This document shows positions 49,415 to 58,886 of a stretch of DNA of 64,000 nucleotides, one piece after another; position 1 is the first letter of the stretch, and each line of letters begins with the position of its first letter. The stretch covers positions 1,022 to 65,021 of the forward strand of contig JALWUQ010000005.1 in the NCBI GenBank assembly GCA_026993075.1, in the 5' to 3' direction. The notes under the pieces were generated by a model. That model had not been told where the DNA came from and ran no database searches. It was given only the letters and a program-made list of their open reading frames with translations. The position numbers and the translations under genes were made by a program. Origin of the DNA: Campylobacteraceae bacterium. GTDB lineage: Bacteria; Campylobacterota; Campylobacteria; Campylobacterales; JALSKU01.

Positions 49415-50164
49415 ATGAAAGGAAACAGCACTTATTTTTTTATAGGTGGATTTTTATCACTTGTGATTTACATATCATTATTATTTTTTATTTTTTCATA
49501 TTTAGGTCAGATTGATGTAAAGTCAAAACAGTATTCTAGTTCAAAAAATAATTTTATTGAAGTTAGTATCTCTGATATAAAAGCTCCAAAAAAACATAAA
49601 GTAGCCCGCAAAAAGAAATCAGTTGAAAAAAAGAAAAGAAATAGAAAAAGAAAAGTTAAAAAGAGTATCAAGCGGACAAGTGTCTCAAATTCCTTAAAGT
49701 CTTTATTTAAAAATATTAATACCTCAAAATATATGAAGAAATATAAAGAAAAGAATTTAACAAAGAAAACTGTACAAAATGAGAATAGCAGAATACCACA
49801 AAAAAGTAACAATTTGGAAATTGAAAACAGAGCTTCAAAAATTATAAAAAGCTTAAGTTTAGAGAATGTAAATTCAAGTAAAACTAAAAATACTGGAGAA
49901 TATAATAAATATTTAGGTAAAATTAGTGATATTCTTGATAAAAAATGGCAAGATACACCAGGAACTATTGCGGGCAATTCAGCAACAGTTACTGTAAGAA
50001 TTGATAAGTTTGGAAATTTCAGCTATAAAATAGATTCTCTTTCTTATAATAACGAATTTAATGCAAAATTGCAAAATTTCCTGGAAAGTTTAAAAGATGA
50101 AAAATTTCCACCATACAAAAAAGGAAATTATATAGAAATAAGAGTTAATTTTAAAGATGAATAA
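49415..50164 (+). CDS. TolA/TonB-like energy transducer
   Basis: N-terminal TM, a Lys-rich spacer (KKHKVARKKKSVEKKKRNRKRKVKK), and a small C-terminal domain. It sits between tolR and tolB. Confidence 0.65.
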   Translation: MKGNSTYFFIGGFLSLVIYISLLFFIFSYLGQIDVKSKQYSSSKNNFIEVSISDIKAPKKHKVARKKKSVEKKKRNRKRKVKKSIKRTSVSNSLKSLFKNINTSKYMKKYKEKNLTKKTVQNENSRIPQKSNNLEIENRASKIIKSLSLENVNSSKTKNTGEYNKYLGKISDILDKKWQDTPGTIAGNSATVTVRIDKFGNFSYKIDSLSYNNEFNAKLQNFLESLKDEKFPPYKKGNYIEIRVNFKDE

Positions 50165-50174
50165 AGGAGTTTGT

Positions 50175-51449
50175 GTGAAAAAAATTATTGTTTTAATTTT
50201 AGTTTCTTTGGTTTCATTGTATGCTTATGATGCAAGTATTGATATAGTGAAAAACAGCGATAAATTACCAAGTATTATTGTACAAGATGCAACAAATATA
50301 AATTTTAATTCTAAAAAAATTGAAAAAAAGATATTTAAATTACTTATTGGCGATTTAAAAATATCAGCGAATTTTATAGTAGATGATTCTTATGTAAGAA
50401 CTTCTTATGATGGTAATTTTAAAAATAATTTTCAAAGTGATAAACATGTTAATTTGATACTTAGATTTAAACTTGAAAATGACGGTAATTCATTGATAGG
50501 ATATATGAAGCTTATAAATGCAAAAAATGGAAATATTGTTACACAAAAAATATATAAAATTTCAAATGATAGAAGATATCCTTTTTTAGCACATAAAATG
50601 ATTATAGATGCAAATAACGCAATAGGTGCACCCTCTATAGACTGGATGCAAAAATTTGTTATATTTTCTAAGATAACAGGTAAAAGAAAAAGTGATATTG
50701 TTATTTCTGATTATACTTTAAGCTATCAAAAAACCGTTGTGACAGGCGGTTTAAACATATTTCCAAAATGGGCTGATGATAATCAGGATGCTTTTTATTA
50801 TTCATCTTATAACGGAAGAATTCCAGTGCTTTATAGGGTAAATCTGGACAAAGGGACACGAACAAAAATAATATCGAGCCAAGGAATGCTTGTCTGTTCT
50901 GATGTAAGTAAAGATGGTACAAAACTATTGCTTACAATGGCTCCACATGACCAACCAGATGTTTATCTCTATAATATTAAAACTAAAAGAAAAGAGAGAT
51001 TAACAAAATTTCCAGGTATTGATGTTAGTGGAAATTTTATTGATAATGAAACAAGATTTGCATTTGTATCTGATAGACTTGGGTATCCAAATATTTTTGC
51101 AAAAAGATTTAACATAAATGCACCAGTAGAACAACTTGTATATCAGGGCAGAAATATAAGCTCATTTAGCTCTTATAATAATTATATAGTATTTTCCAGA
51201 AGAGAAGGTGATAGCGAATTTGGTAAAAACAGTTTCAATCTCTATCTCATATCAACCAAAACTCAATACATAAGACAGCTAACTGCAACAGGTAAAAATT
51301 ATTTTCCAAGATTTGCAAACAAAGGTGAGACGATAATGTTTATTAAAAATTATAAAGGTCAATCAGCATTGGGGATTATTAGATTATATTCTAACAAAAG
51401 TTTCCTTTTTCCATTAAAAGTTGGAAAAATTCAATCCATTGATTGGTAA
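50175..51449 (+). CDS. tolB: Tol-Pal system beta-propeller protein TolB
   Basis: Signal peptide from the GTG at 50175 (aaggag SD 6 nt upstream). The listed ATG at 50157 contains that SD. Repeated WD-like/propeller blades (PDVYLYN, FVSDRLGYPNIF). Confidence 0.85.
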   Translation: MKKIIVLILVSLVSLYAYDASIDIVKNSDKLPSIIVQDATNINFNSKKIEKKIFKLLIGDLKISANFIVDDSYVRTSYDGNFKNNFQSDKHVNLILRFKLENDGNSLIGYMKLINAKNGNIVTQKIYKISNDRRYPFLAHKMIIDANNAIGAPSIDWMQKFVIFSKITGKRKSDIVISDYTLSYQKTVVTGGLNIFPKWADDNQDAFYYSSYNGRIPVLYRVNLDKGTRTKIISSQGMLVCSDVSKDGTKLLLTMAPHDQPDVYLYNIKTKRKERLTKFPGIDVSGNFIDNETRFAFVSDRLGYPNIFAKRFNINAPVEQLVYQGRNISSFSSYNNYIVFSRREGDSEFGKNSFNLYLISTKTQYIRQLTATGKNYFPRFANKGETIMFIKNYKGQSALGIIRLYSNKSFLFPLKVGKIQSIDW

Positions 51450-51499
51450 TTTAAGAAAAAAATGGTAGAATAATAAAAACATTTAAAAAAGGACTCGAT

Positions 51500-52081
51500 G
51501 TGAAGAAGATAGTATTTATAGGGATAGGAACAGCTCTTTTATTATTTACAGGATGTAGCAAAAAAACTCCAGAGGTGGACATGACTAAAAATGCTCAGAT
51601 GAGCACCCAGCAAAAGCCACAGTCAGCTGATACAAAAATTTCAAATATGAACAGTGAAATGAGTAGCACTGGTATGCAATCAGCAAATAATGGGAATAAT
51701 GTTAATAAAAATAGTGTTAACTACCAGATTGCACAGTTGGAACAAGAAGTAAAAATAATACATTTTGATTTTAATAAGTATAATATTAGAAAAGATCAAA
51801 AACCTTTAGTAGTTTTTGATGCAAAACTTATAAATTCACCTGCTGCAAAAGATTTTTCTGTCAAGCTTGAAGGAAATTGTGATGAGTGGGGAAGTGATGA
51901 ATATAACTATGCCCTTGGATTAAGAAGAGCAAATAGAGTAAAAACAACATTATCTGCATTAGGTGTAGATTCAAGTAGATTAATGATTATAAGCTATGGC
52001 AAAAGCAATCCTGTTTGTACTCAACATACAAGAGCTTGTTGGGCCAAGAATAGAAGAGTCGATTTCGAATTTTTACCATAA
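51500..52081 (+). CDS. pal: Peptidoglycan-associated lipoprotein Pal (OmpA-C domain)
   Basis: Lipobox LLFTGC. OmpA-like C-terminal domain (FDFNKYNIR...GNCDEWGSDEYNYALGLRRA...NRRVDF). Confidence 0.9.
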   Translation: MKKIVFIGIGTALLLFTGCSKKTPEVDMTKNAQMSTQQKPQSADTKISNMNSEMSSTGMQSANNGNNVNKNSVNYQIAQLEQEVKIIHFDFNKYNIRKDQKPLVVFDAKLINSPAAKDFSVKLEGNCDEWGSDEYNYALGLRRANRVKTTLSALGVDSSRLMIISYGKSNPVCTQHTRACWAKNRRVDFEFLP

Positions 52082-52133
52082 TATAACATATAAATTATTT
52101 AGAATTAAATCAAGTATATTGGTGGATTAGTAT

Positions 52134-52165
52134 AGCTTCAGTGTTTTGGTGCTGAAGCATTTTTA
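52134..52165 (+). terminator. Rho-independent terminator candidate after pal
   Basis: Stem agcttcag/ctgaagc(a)t with loop tgttttggtg, followed by ttttt. Confidence 0.5.
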
Positions 52166-52182
52166 AAAAAGGAGATATATTT

Positions 52183-53073
52183 TTGAGGTTATTTTTTACA
52201 TTATTGCTATTGGCTGTTTTTTCTTTAGCAGCCGAACCCTCCGCTTTTGATGCAGGCAATATTAATTTACCAAATCCATACGGTCTTACAAATAATGAAA
52301 AAGTAATACTTAAAAATAAAAAAGAAGTTAAATCTTTATCTACAAATATTGGTTTTGTCAAATCAGATTTATCGAATATGCAAGAAAAAATAGACGGTAT
52401 CAGAAGTGTTGTAGAATCACAAAATTTAAGGATTGCAAAAATCGAAAAAAAAATTTTTCAGTTACAACAAAGTGATGCAAATATTTCTGTAAAAATGCAA
52501 AATATTGGTAATGATTTAAATACTACAAAAAATATACAAAAACAAAATTATCAAAAAATCAAATTAGTTTTATCAGAGCTTAGCTCACTTATTGATTCTA
52601 TTAATAATTCATATATCTCGAAAGATGATTTTAACTCTAAATTAAATATTTTGCGAAATAAACTAAATCAAAAAATTACTGCACTAAAGCAAAATAATCT
52701 TAATAACACTTTGGCTTCAAAAAATGGTAAAGCACTATTTAAGGAAGCAAAAAAACTTTATAAAAATAAGAATTATTCTAAAGCAAAAATATTTTTTACA
52801 CAAAGTATAAAAAAAGGGCATTTGCCTGCGACTAGCAATTTTTATTTAGGTGAAATTAGTTACCATAAAAAAAATTATTCAAAGGCAATCAGCTATTATA
52901 AAAAAAGTATATCTTTGTATGGTAAAACTACAACTTTTACGCCTACATTACTTCTACATACTTCTTTGTCATTTAAAAAATTAGGAGACAGTAAGGATGC
53001 AGATAGGTTTAAGAAAATACTAATAATGAAATATCCAAGGTCTAAAGAATCAAAACAGGTAAAAAAACTATAA
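52183..53073 (+). CDS. ybgF: YbgF/CpoB-like Tol-Pal-associated protein (coiled coil + TPR)
   Basis: Signal peptide, an N-terminal coiled coil, and C-terminal TPR-like repeats (YSKAKIFF..., YSKAISYYKKSI). TTG start after aaggag. Confidence 0.7.
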   Translation: MRLFFTLLLLAVFSLAAEPSAFDAGNINLPNPYGLTNNEKVILKNKKEVKSLSTNIGFVKSDLSNMQEKIDGIRSVVESQNLRIAKIEKKIFQLQQSDANISVKMQNIGNDLNTTKNIQKQNYQKIKLVLSELSSLIDSINNSYISKDDFNSKLNILRNKLNQKITALKQNNLNNTLASKNGKALFKEAKKLYKNKNYSKAKIFFTQSIKKGHLPATSNFYLGEISYHKKNYSKAISYYKKSISLYGKTTTFTPTLLLHTSLSFKKLGDSKDADRFKKILIMKYPRSKESKQVKKL

Positions 53074-53168
53074 AATTTAACTCAAAAAATATATCGAAAT
53101 TTAAGTTAAAGCTATAATAAAACTTATTTTGGTTACAATCAATATTCAAATATATTATAGGAGTTAAG

Positions 53169-53675
53169 ATGTCAATTGGTGATAATAAAGTTGTATCTTT
53201 GGAGTATGAATTAAAAGATGCAAATACAGGTGAAGTGTTAGATAGTAATGTTGGAAAAGAGCCATTAGAATATATTAGTGGCAAGGGACAAATTATACCT
53301 GGTTTAGAAAGTAAAGTTAACGAGCTTAATGTGGGAGATAAAGCCGATGTATCTGTTTTGGCAAAAGATGGGTATGGCGAAGTTAATCCTGATGCTGTTC
53401 AAACACTTCCAAAAGAGCAATTTGCCGGTATTGAATTAGAAGAAGGAATGGTGCTGTATGGTCAAGGTGAAGATGGCAATACCGTACAGGTTGTTGTGAA
53501 AAGTTTTGATGATGAAAATGTCAATGTAGATTTTAATCATCCATTAGCTGGTAAAGACTTAATGTTTAGTGTTTCTTTATTGGGGCTTAGAGATGCAACT
53601 TCAAATGAGATTTCAAGCGGTGTTGTTGGAGGTGGAGAATCTTGCGGTTGCGGAACAGGTTGTGGCTGCGATTAA
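53169..53675 (+). CDS. slyD: FKBP-type peptidyl-prolyl isomerase SlyD with Cys-rich tail
   Basis: VVSLEYELKD...DFNHPLAGKDL and the C-terminal GGGESCGCGTGCGCD. Confidence 0.9.
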   Translation: MSIGDNKVVSLEYELKDANTGEVLDSNVGKEPLEYISGKGQIIPGLESKVNELNVGDKADVSVLAKDGYGEVNPDAVQTLPKEQFAGIELEEGMVLYGQGEDGNTVQVVVKSFDDENVNVDFNHPLAGKDLMFSVSLLGLRDATSNEISSGVVGGGESCGCGTGCGCD

Positions 53676-54417
53676 TTTTATTGCAAACAGTAGGGCCTCA
53701 AAAGAGGTCCTTAAATCTGCGAATATATTAAGAAGTATTGATATCAATGCACTAATTCAAGGTGAAGCAGGTGTAGGTAAAACTTTATTGGCTAAGTATA
53801 TTTTGAATGCACCTATTGTAGATGCAGATACTAATATTGATAATATTATACACTTATTGTCTCAAAATAGTAAATTAATCATAAAAAATTTTGATTTGAT
53901 ACAGCATATTGATTTATTTGAAAAAAATTTAAAAAAATTTAAAACCAGAATTATTGCGACAACAAAAAAAAATATAATTGACAAAATTAGCGATAGATTT
54001 TTTAGTTTAAGGATAAATATCCCACCATTAAGAGATAGAAAGGAAGATATATACCCTTTAGCTAAGAAATTTTTAAATGAAGCAGAGTTAAATTTTAACA
54101 AAAAAAGTAGTATTAAGTTATCTGTGCTGGATTTTTCATTAAAAGAAAATTGTTATTCTCTGAAATTTGATATTTATAAAGCATTTTTTGAGGAATTTTT
54201 TGATGATAGAGATTTGTTACAGTTTTTACAAAAATTATTTGAGAAAAAGATTGGTACAAAAAATGATTATAGAAAAAATCTTTATCTATATGAAATACCA
54301 TTAATAAAAGCCGGAATGGCAAAATTTAAATCACAATTAAAAATATCAGAGGAATTCGGGATAAATAGAAATACTTTAAGAAAAAAAATTTTAGAATATA
54401 ATATTTTGGAGAGTTAA
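53662..54417 (+). CDS. Minimal AAA+/Fis-HTH protein related to bacterial enhancer-binding proteins but lacking the receiver domain and GAFTGA loop
   Basis: Walker A QGEAGVGKTLLAKYI, an arginine-finger region RINIPPLRDRKEDIYPLAKKFL, and a C-terminal Fis-type HTH (ISEEFGINRNTLRKKILEYNI). The start is uncertain: GTG at 53662 overlaps the slyD end, and the listed ATG at 53569 overlaps slyD by 107 nt. Confidence 0.6.
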   Translation: MAAINFIANSRASKEVLKSANILRSIDINALIQGEAGVGKTLLAKYILNAPIVDADTNIDNIIHLLSQNSKLIIKNFDLIQHIDLFEKNLKKFKTRIIATTKKNIIDKISDRFFSLRINIPPLRDRKEDIYPLAKKFLNEAELNFNKKSSIKLSVLDFSLKENCYSLKFDIYKAFFEEFFDDRDLLQFLQKLFEKKIGTKNDYRKNLYLYEIPLIKAGMAKFKSQLKISEEFGINRNTLRKKILEYNILES

Positions 54418-54420
54418 ATA

Positions 54421-55359
54421 ATGCAAAAAACTAAAAAAACAGTCTTTTTGTTTCCAGGGCAGGGAAGTCAATTTGTAGGAATGGGTAAAGATTTTTATCA
54501 AGCAAGTGTAATTGCTAAAGATATGATAGATAATGCAAGTGAGAAAATAAAAGTCGATTTTAGAAAATTACTTTTTGAAGAAAATGATAAACTAGAAAGA
54601 ACAGAATTTACTCAACCTGCTATTTTGCTAATAAGTGCGATTGCACATAAACTATTTGAAGATGAGATGATGATAAGAGCATCTTCTGCCATGGGACACT
54701 CTTTGGGTGAATTTTCTGCTCTTGTTGGTATTGGAGCACTTGATTATCTTGACGGAGTTTGGCTTACTCACAAAAGAGGAAAGCTAATGCAAGAAGATTG
54801 CAAAAATATTGATGCGGGCATGATGGCACTTATTGGACTTAGTGATGAAGATGTTGAAAATATAGCAAAGAAAGCAAGAGAAAATGGTAAGCAAATTTGG
54901 CCGGCTAATTATAACAGCAAAGGACAAATAGTTGTTGCAGGTATAAAAAAAGATCTTTTTGATTTAGAAGAAATATTTAAAAAAGCAGGTGCAAAAAGAG
55001 CGATAGTATTGAATATGTCAGTAGCAAGTCATTGTCCCTTGCTTGCATCCGCCTCAGATGCATTAAAACCATATCTTCAAGAATTTTTAAAAGATGAATT
55101 TATCTCACCAATTATTTCCAATGTCACATCTGAACCTTATCAAAATAAAAAAGATGCGATTGAGCTTTTATCAAAACAGTTGATTGAACCAGTTTTATAT
55201 AAACAATCCATTGAAAATGTAGATCCTTACAATGATTTATATATTGAATTTGGTGGTAGTGTCTTAAAAGGGCTTAATAAAAGAATTACCAAAAAGCCTA
55301 CTTTTAGTATAACTGATATGAATTCATTAAATAGTGTATTTGATACATTGTCAAGGTAA
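54421..55359 (+). CDS. fabD: Malonyl CoA-acyl carrier protein transacylase
   Basis: FPGQGSQ and GHSLGEFSAL motifs. Confidence 0.93.
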   Translation: MQKTKKTVFLFPGQGSQFVGMGKDFYQASVIAKDMIDNASEKIKVDFRKLLFEENDKLERTEFTQPAILLISAIAHKLFEDEMMIRASSAMGHSLGEFSALVGIGALDYLDGVWLTHKRGKLMQEDCKNIDAGMMALIGLSDEDVENIAKKARENGKQIWPANYNSKGQIVVAGIKKDLFDLEEIFKKAGAKRAIVLNMSVASHCPLLASASDALKPYLQEFLKDEFISPIISNVTSEPYQNKKDAIELLSKQLIEPVLYKQSIENVDPYNDLYIEFGGSVLKGLNKRITKKPTFSITDMNSLNSVFDTLSR

Positions 55360-55382
55360 CATATTAAAGCTAAAGGAATGCA

Positions 55383-56150
55383 GTGAAAGTATGTTTATCT
55401 CAAATCACATCAAAACTCTCAAGAGATAATATTAAAAAGCACCTAAGATATGTAAGTGTGGCAAAAGAAGATGGATGTGATTTGGTAATATTTCCTGAAT
55501 TGTCATTAAATGGATATAGAATGATGGATTTGGTTTTTGAGGATGCATACAATATAGAAGATCTTATGCTACTAAAAAATGCAAGTAAAGATATTGATAT
55601 TTTAGCAGGTGCTGCTTTAAGAAGTGGCCATAAAATCTACAATAGTGCCATTTATTTTAGTAATTCAGAAATTTTAAATATATATCATAAAAACACGCTG
55701 CCAAATTATGGAATGTTTGAAGAGGCAAGATTTTTTTTCGCCGGTGACACAATAAGTAGTTTTTCAACAAAGTTTGGCATTGCTGTTTGTGTTATCTGTG
55801 AAGATTTGTGGAATGTTAAAATAATAGATAAAATAGTTTCAATAAAACCTGATTTTGTATATGTAATATCTTCATCTCCCGCAAGAGGTTTTAGCAATGA
55901 AGGGATTGAGATAGAGAATAAATGGAACAGTATCCTCTCGGTAACAGCGGGACTGAGTGGAACTTATACTATATTTGTTAACAGAGTTGGTTTTGAAGAC
56001 GGACTTGGTTTTTGGGGAGGTAGCAGGGTTGTGAATCCAAAAGGATTGATTGAAAAAAAAGCTTCTTTGTTTGAGGAAGAACTTTTAGAAGTTGAACTTT
56101 TTAATAATCTTTCAAAAACAGAAAAATACTTATTAAGGATAAATGAATGA
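55383..56150 (+). CDS. Carbon-nitrogen hydrolase (nitrilase superfamily) protein
   Basis: CDLVIFPELSLNGY (catalytic Glu) and VCVICEDLW (catalytic Cys). GTG start. Confidence 0.75.
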   Translation: MKVCLSQITSKLSRDNIKKHLRYVSVAKEDGCDLVIFPELSLNGYRMMDLVFEDAYNIEDLMLLKNASKDIDILAGAALRSGHKIYNSAIYFSNSEILNIYHKNTLPNYGMFEEARFFFAGDTISSFSTKFGIAVCVICEDLWNVKIIDKIVSIKPDFVYVISSSPARGFSNEGIEIENKWNSILSVTAGLSGTYTIFVNRVGFEDGLGFWGGSRVVNPKGLIEKKASLFEEELLEVELFNNLSKTEKYLLRINE

Positions 56151-56845
56151 TAGTAGGTTTGCTGGGAGCCATGGTTGAGGAGATTGAGCCATTATTGGAG
56201 TATTTTAAAAATTATGAAGTTGTAGAGTATGCAGATAATAAATTTTACCTTGCTGATTATAACGAACACAAAATAGTCATAGCTTATAGTAAAATTGGTA
56301 AAGTGCATGCTGCATTGACTGCTGCAACTATGATTGAAAAATTTAAAATTGAAGCTCTGCTTTTTTCTGGAGTTGCGGGTGCGATTGATGAGAATTTGCA
56401 TATAGGCGATCTTATAGTCGCTTCTGCTTTGTGTCAGCATGACTTAGACATCACAGCTTTTGGTCATCCTTATGGTTATGTGCCAGAGGGAAAAGTATGC
56501 TATGAGTCTGATGATAGCCTTAGAGAATTAGCCCAAAGAGTTGCTAAAGAAAATAATGTTGACTTAAAAGAAGGTATCATTGCAACAGGGGACCAATTTA
56601 TAGCAGATGAAAAAAAGAAAGAATGGATAAAAAGGGCTTTTAATGCTTCGGCTATTGAAATGGAAGGTGCCAGTGTTGCTGTGGTGGCTCACTCTTTAAA
56701 AATTCCTTTTTTGGTTATCAGATCTATAAGTGATGCAGCAGGCATGGATGCAGGATTTGATTTTGATGAATTTTTGAAGACTTCTGCCAAAGTGAGTGCT
56801 GTTTTTTTAACTGATATTTTGGATAAACTTATTGCTAAAAGCTAA
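56147..56845 (+). CDS. mtnN: MTA/SAH nucleosidase (Pfs/MtnN; in futalosine-pathway organisms also aminodeoxyfutalosine nucleosidase)
   Basis: IVGLLGAMVEEIEPL, AIEMEGASVA and SISDAAG motifs. Confidence 0.9.
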   Translation: MIVGLLGAMVEEIEPLLEYFKNYEVVEYADNKFYLADYNEHKIVIAYSKIGKVHAALTAATMIEKFKIEALLFSGVAGAIDENLHIGDLIVASALCQHDLDITAFGHPYGYVPEGKVCYESDDSLRELAQRVAKENNVDLKEGIIATGDQFIADEKKKEWIKRAFNASAIEMEGASVAVVAHSLKIPFLVIRSISDAAGMDAGFDFDEFLKTSAKVSAVFLTDILDKLIAKS

Positions 56846-57575
56846 TATTAGTAAAAAATTACTTAAAGCAGTAGGCAGGACAAACGGAAAATATAATCTT
56901 ATCCAAGAAGGTGATAAAATACTTTTGGGTCTTAGCGGTGGGAAAGATTCTCTTACGCTATCTCATATTTTAAAACACATTAGTAGTGTAGCTCCTTTTA
57001 ATTTTGAATTTAAAGCAGTTTGCGTAAGCTATGGAATGAATGAAGAATTTTCATCTTTGAAAAACCATTGTAAAGAGTATGATATACCTTTTGAGATTTA
57101 TGAGACTGAAGCATTTGAGCTTGCAAAAGAGAAAATTCGTAAGAATTCCTCTTTTTGTAGCTTTTTTTCAAGAATGAGAAGAGGAGCTCTTTATAGCGCT
57201 GCATTAAAAGGTGGATATAATAAAGTGGCACTCGCTCACCACTTGGACGATGCAGTGGAGAGTTTTTTTATGAATTTTATGTATAATGGTGCCTTGAGAA
57301 GTTTGCCTCCAAAATATAAGGCTTCAAATGGACTCGAAGTAATTAGACCCTTGATTCTTGTAAGAGAGAGACAGCTTGTCGATGCTGCTAAATTAAATGA
57401 ATTTCCGCTTGTAACAGATGAGGCATGCCCTGCTTTTAGGTTTGATGTTAAAATGCCTTATGCAAGGGCAAAAACAAAAAAAATGTTAAAAGAGATGGAA
57501 GAAAACAATCACCAACTTTTTATCTCTTTAAAAGCTGCATTTTCACATATACATAATGATAGTTTTTTGGAGTAA
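56832..57575 (+). CDS. TtcA-family PP-loop ATPase (tRNA thiolation-type)
   Basis: PP-loop LGLSGGKDS and FCSFFSRMRRGALY, which resembles the TtcA CxxC-SRLRRG region. Confidence 0.75.
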   Translation: MLKANISKKLLKAVGRTNGKYNLIQEGDKILLGLSGGKDSLTLSHILKHISSVAPFNFEFKAVCVSYGMNEEFSSLKNHCKEYDIPFEIYETEAFELAKEKIRKNSSFCSFFSRMRRGALYSAALKGGYNKVALAHHLDDAVESFFMNFMYNGALRSLPPKYKASNGLEVIRPLILVRERQLVDAAKLNEFPLVTDEACPAFRFDVKMPYARAKTKKMLKEMEENNHQLFISLKAAFSHIHNDSFLE

Positions 57576-57577
57576 AT

Positions 57578-58831
57578 ATGAAAAAAGAATTGAAAGATTT
57601 TAGTAGTTATTTTGTTCAAAATATAGGTTCAAAAAAAGGTCCAATTTCTCCTTGCATTGCAAATTCTGCTTCCTTTTCTTATGGAGACAGCAATACAGCA
57701 GAAGGTATATTTGAAGGAAGTATAAAAAAATCTTTATATTCTAGAATGGGCAATCCAACAACCAAAAGGCTTGAGACTATTTTAGCCGGGATGGATAAAG
57801 GAGTTGGTGCTGTGGTAACAAGCAGTGGCATGGGAGCTGTATCTCTTGCTTGCATGTCTTTACTGAATGCTTCTGATGAAGTTATTTGTATCGGTGGACT
57901 TTTTGGTGGTACTTATTCATTTTTTAAGGAAACAATGTTTAGATTTAGCATAAAAACACATTTTTTAAATGCTTCACAAACAAAAGATATAGAATCATTG
58001 ATTAATGAAAAAAGTAAAATAATATATTTTGAAAGTATTGGCAACCCAAATATGAGAATTGTGGAAATCGACAATATAGTGCAAATTGCAAAAAAATACA
58101 ATATCGCAACTATTATAGACAATACTTCTACCCCATTAACATTTCAACCATTAGGTATGGGCATAGATATTGCAATATACTCAACAACAAAAATTATAAG
58201 TGGAAATTCATCTGCTTTAGGCGGGGTAGCTATTTTTAGAGGCATAAATAAGAAAGATGATAAATTCAAAAGTGATAAATTTAAAGATATTCATAAATTT
58301 ATAAAAAGTAAAGGTGAAACAGCACTTGTTGTAAATGCTAGAAAACGGGCTTTAAGAGACTTTGGTATGAGTGCGTCCGCTTTTAACAGTTACCTTACTC
58401 TTTTAGGATTGGAGACATTAGCAATTAGAACAAATTTTGTTGCGAATTCTACAAAAAAGATAGTCAAGGCATTGTCCAAAGCAGGAATGAATGTAAATCA
58501 TCCATCACTCAAAAATCATCCTGATAATAAATTGTATAAAAAATATTTTAAAAATGGCTGTGGCACTGTTTTTACCATTGATTTTGGAGTTAAAAAAAGA
58601 GCATACGAATTTATAAATAATTTAAAATTTGCATTTGTTACAGCAAATATATCTGATAGCAGGACATTGGCACTTCATATGGATTCTACTATATTTAATG
58701 ATTTTTCAAAGGATGAGAAAGAATTTTTGGGTATTGGCAAAGGTCTTGTTCGTATTTCAGTCGGCCTTGAAAATCCTGATGATATTATAGCTGATTTTTT
58801 GCACTCATATACAGCTTTTTCTACTTCTTAA
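57578..58831 (+). CDS. metY: Cys/Met-metabolism PLP enzyme, O-acetylhomoserine sulfhydrylase-like
   Basis: 417 aa with YSRMGNPT, the PLP-lysine motif YSTTKIISGNS, and a RISVGLENPDDIIADF C-terminus. Confidence 0.75.
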   Translation: MKKELKDFSSYFVQNIGSKKGPISPCIANSASFSYGDSNTAEGIFEGSIKKSLYSRMGNPTTKRLETILAGMDKGVGAVVTSSGMGAVSLACMSLLNASDEVICIGGLFGGTYSFFKETMFRFSIKTHFLNASQTKDIESLINEKSKIIYFESIGNPNMRIVEIDNIVQIAKKYNIATIIDNTSTPLTFQPLGMGIDIAIYSTTKIISGNSSALGGVAIFRGINKKDDKFKSDKFKDIHKFIKSKGETALVVNARKRALRDFGMSASAFNSYLTLLGLETLAIRTNFVANSTKKIVKALSKAGMNVNHPSLKNHPDNKLYKKYFKNGCGTVFTIDFGVKKRAYEFINNLKFAFVTANISDSRTLALHMDSTIFNDFSKDEKEFLGIGKGLVRISVGLENPDDIIADFLHSYTAFSTS

Positions 58832-58858
58832 AACAAGTCTATTTCAAAAACTTATCTT

Positions 58859-58881
58859 TTACCCCACAAAATGTGGGGTAA
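58859..58881. terminator. Bidirectional terminator between convergent metY-like gene and clpB
   Basis: ttaccccaca-aaa-tgtggggtaa (9-10 bp stem) flanked by T-runs on both strands. Confidence 0.65.
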
Positions 58882-58886
58882 ATTAG

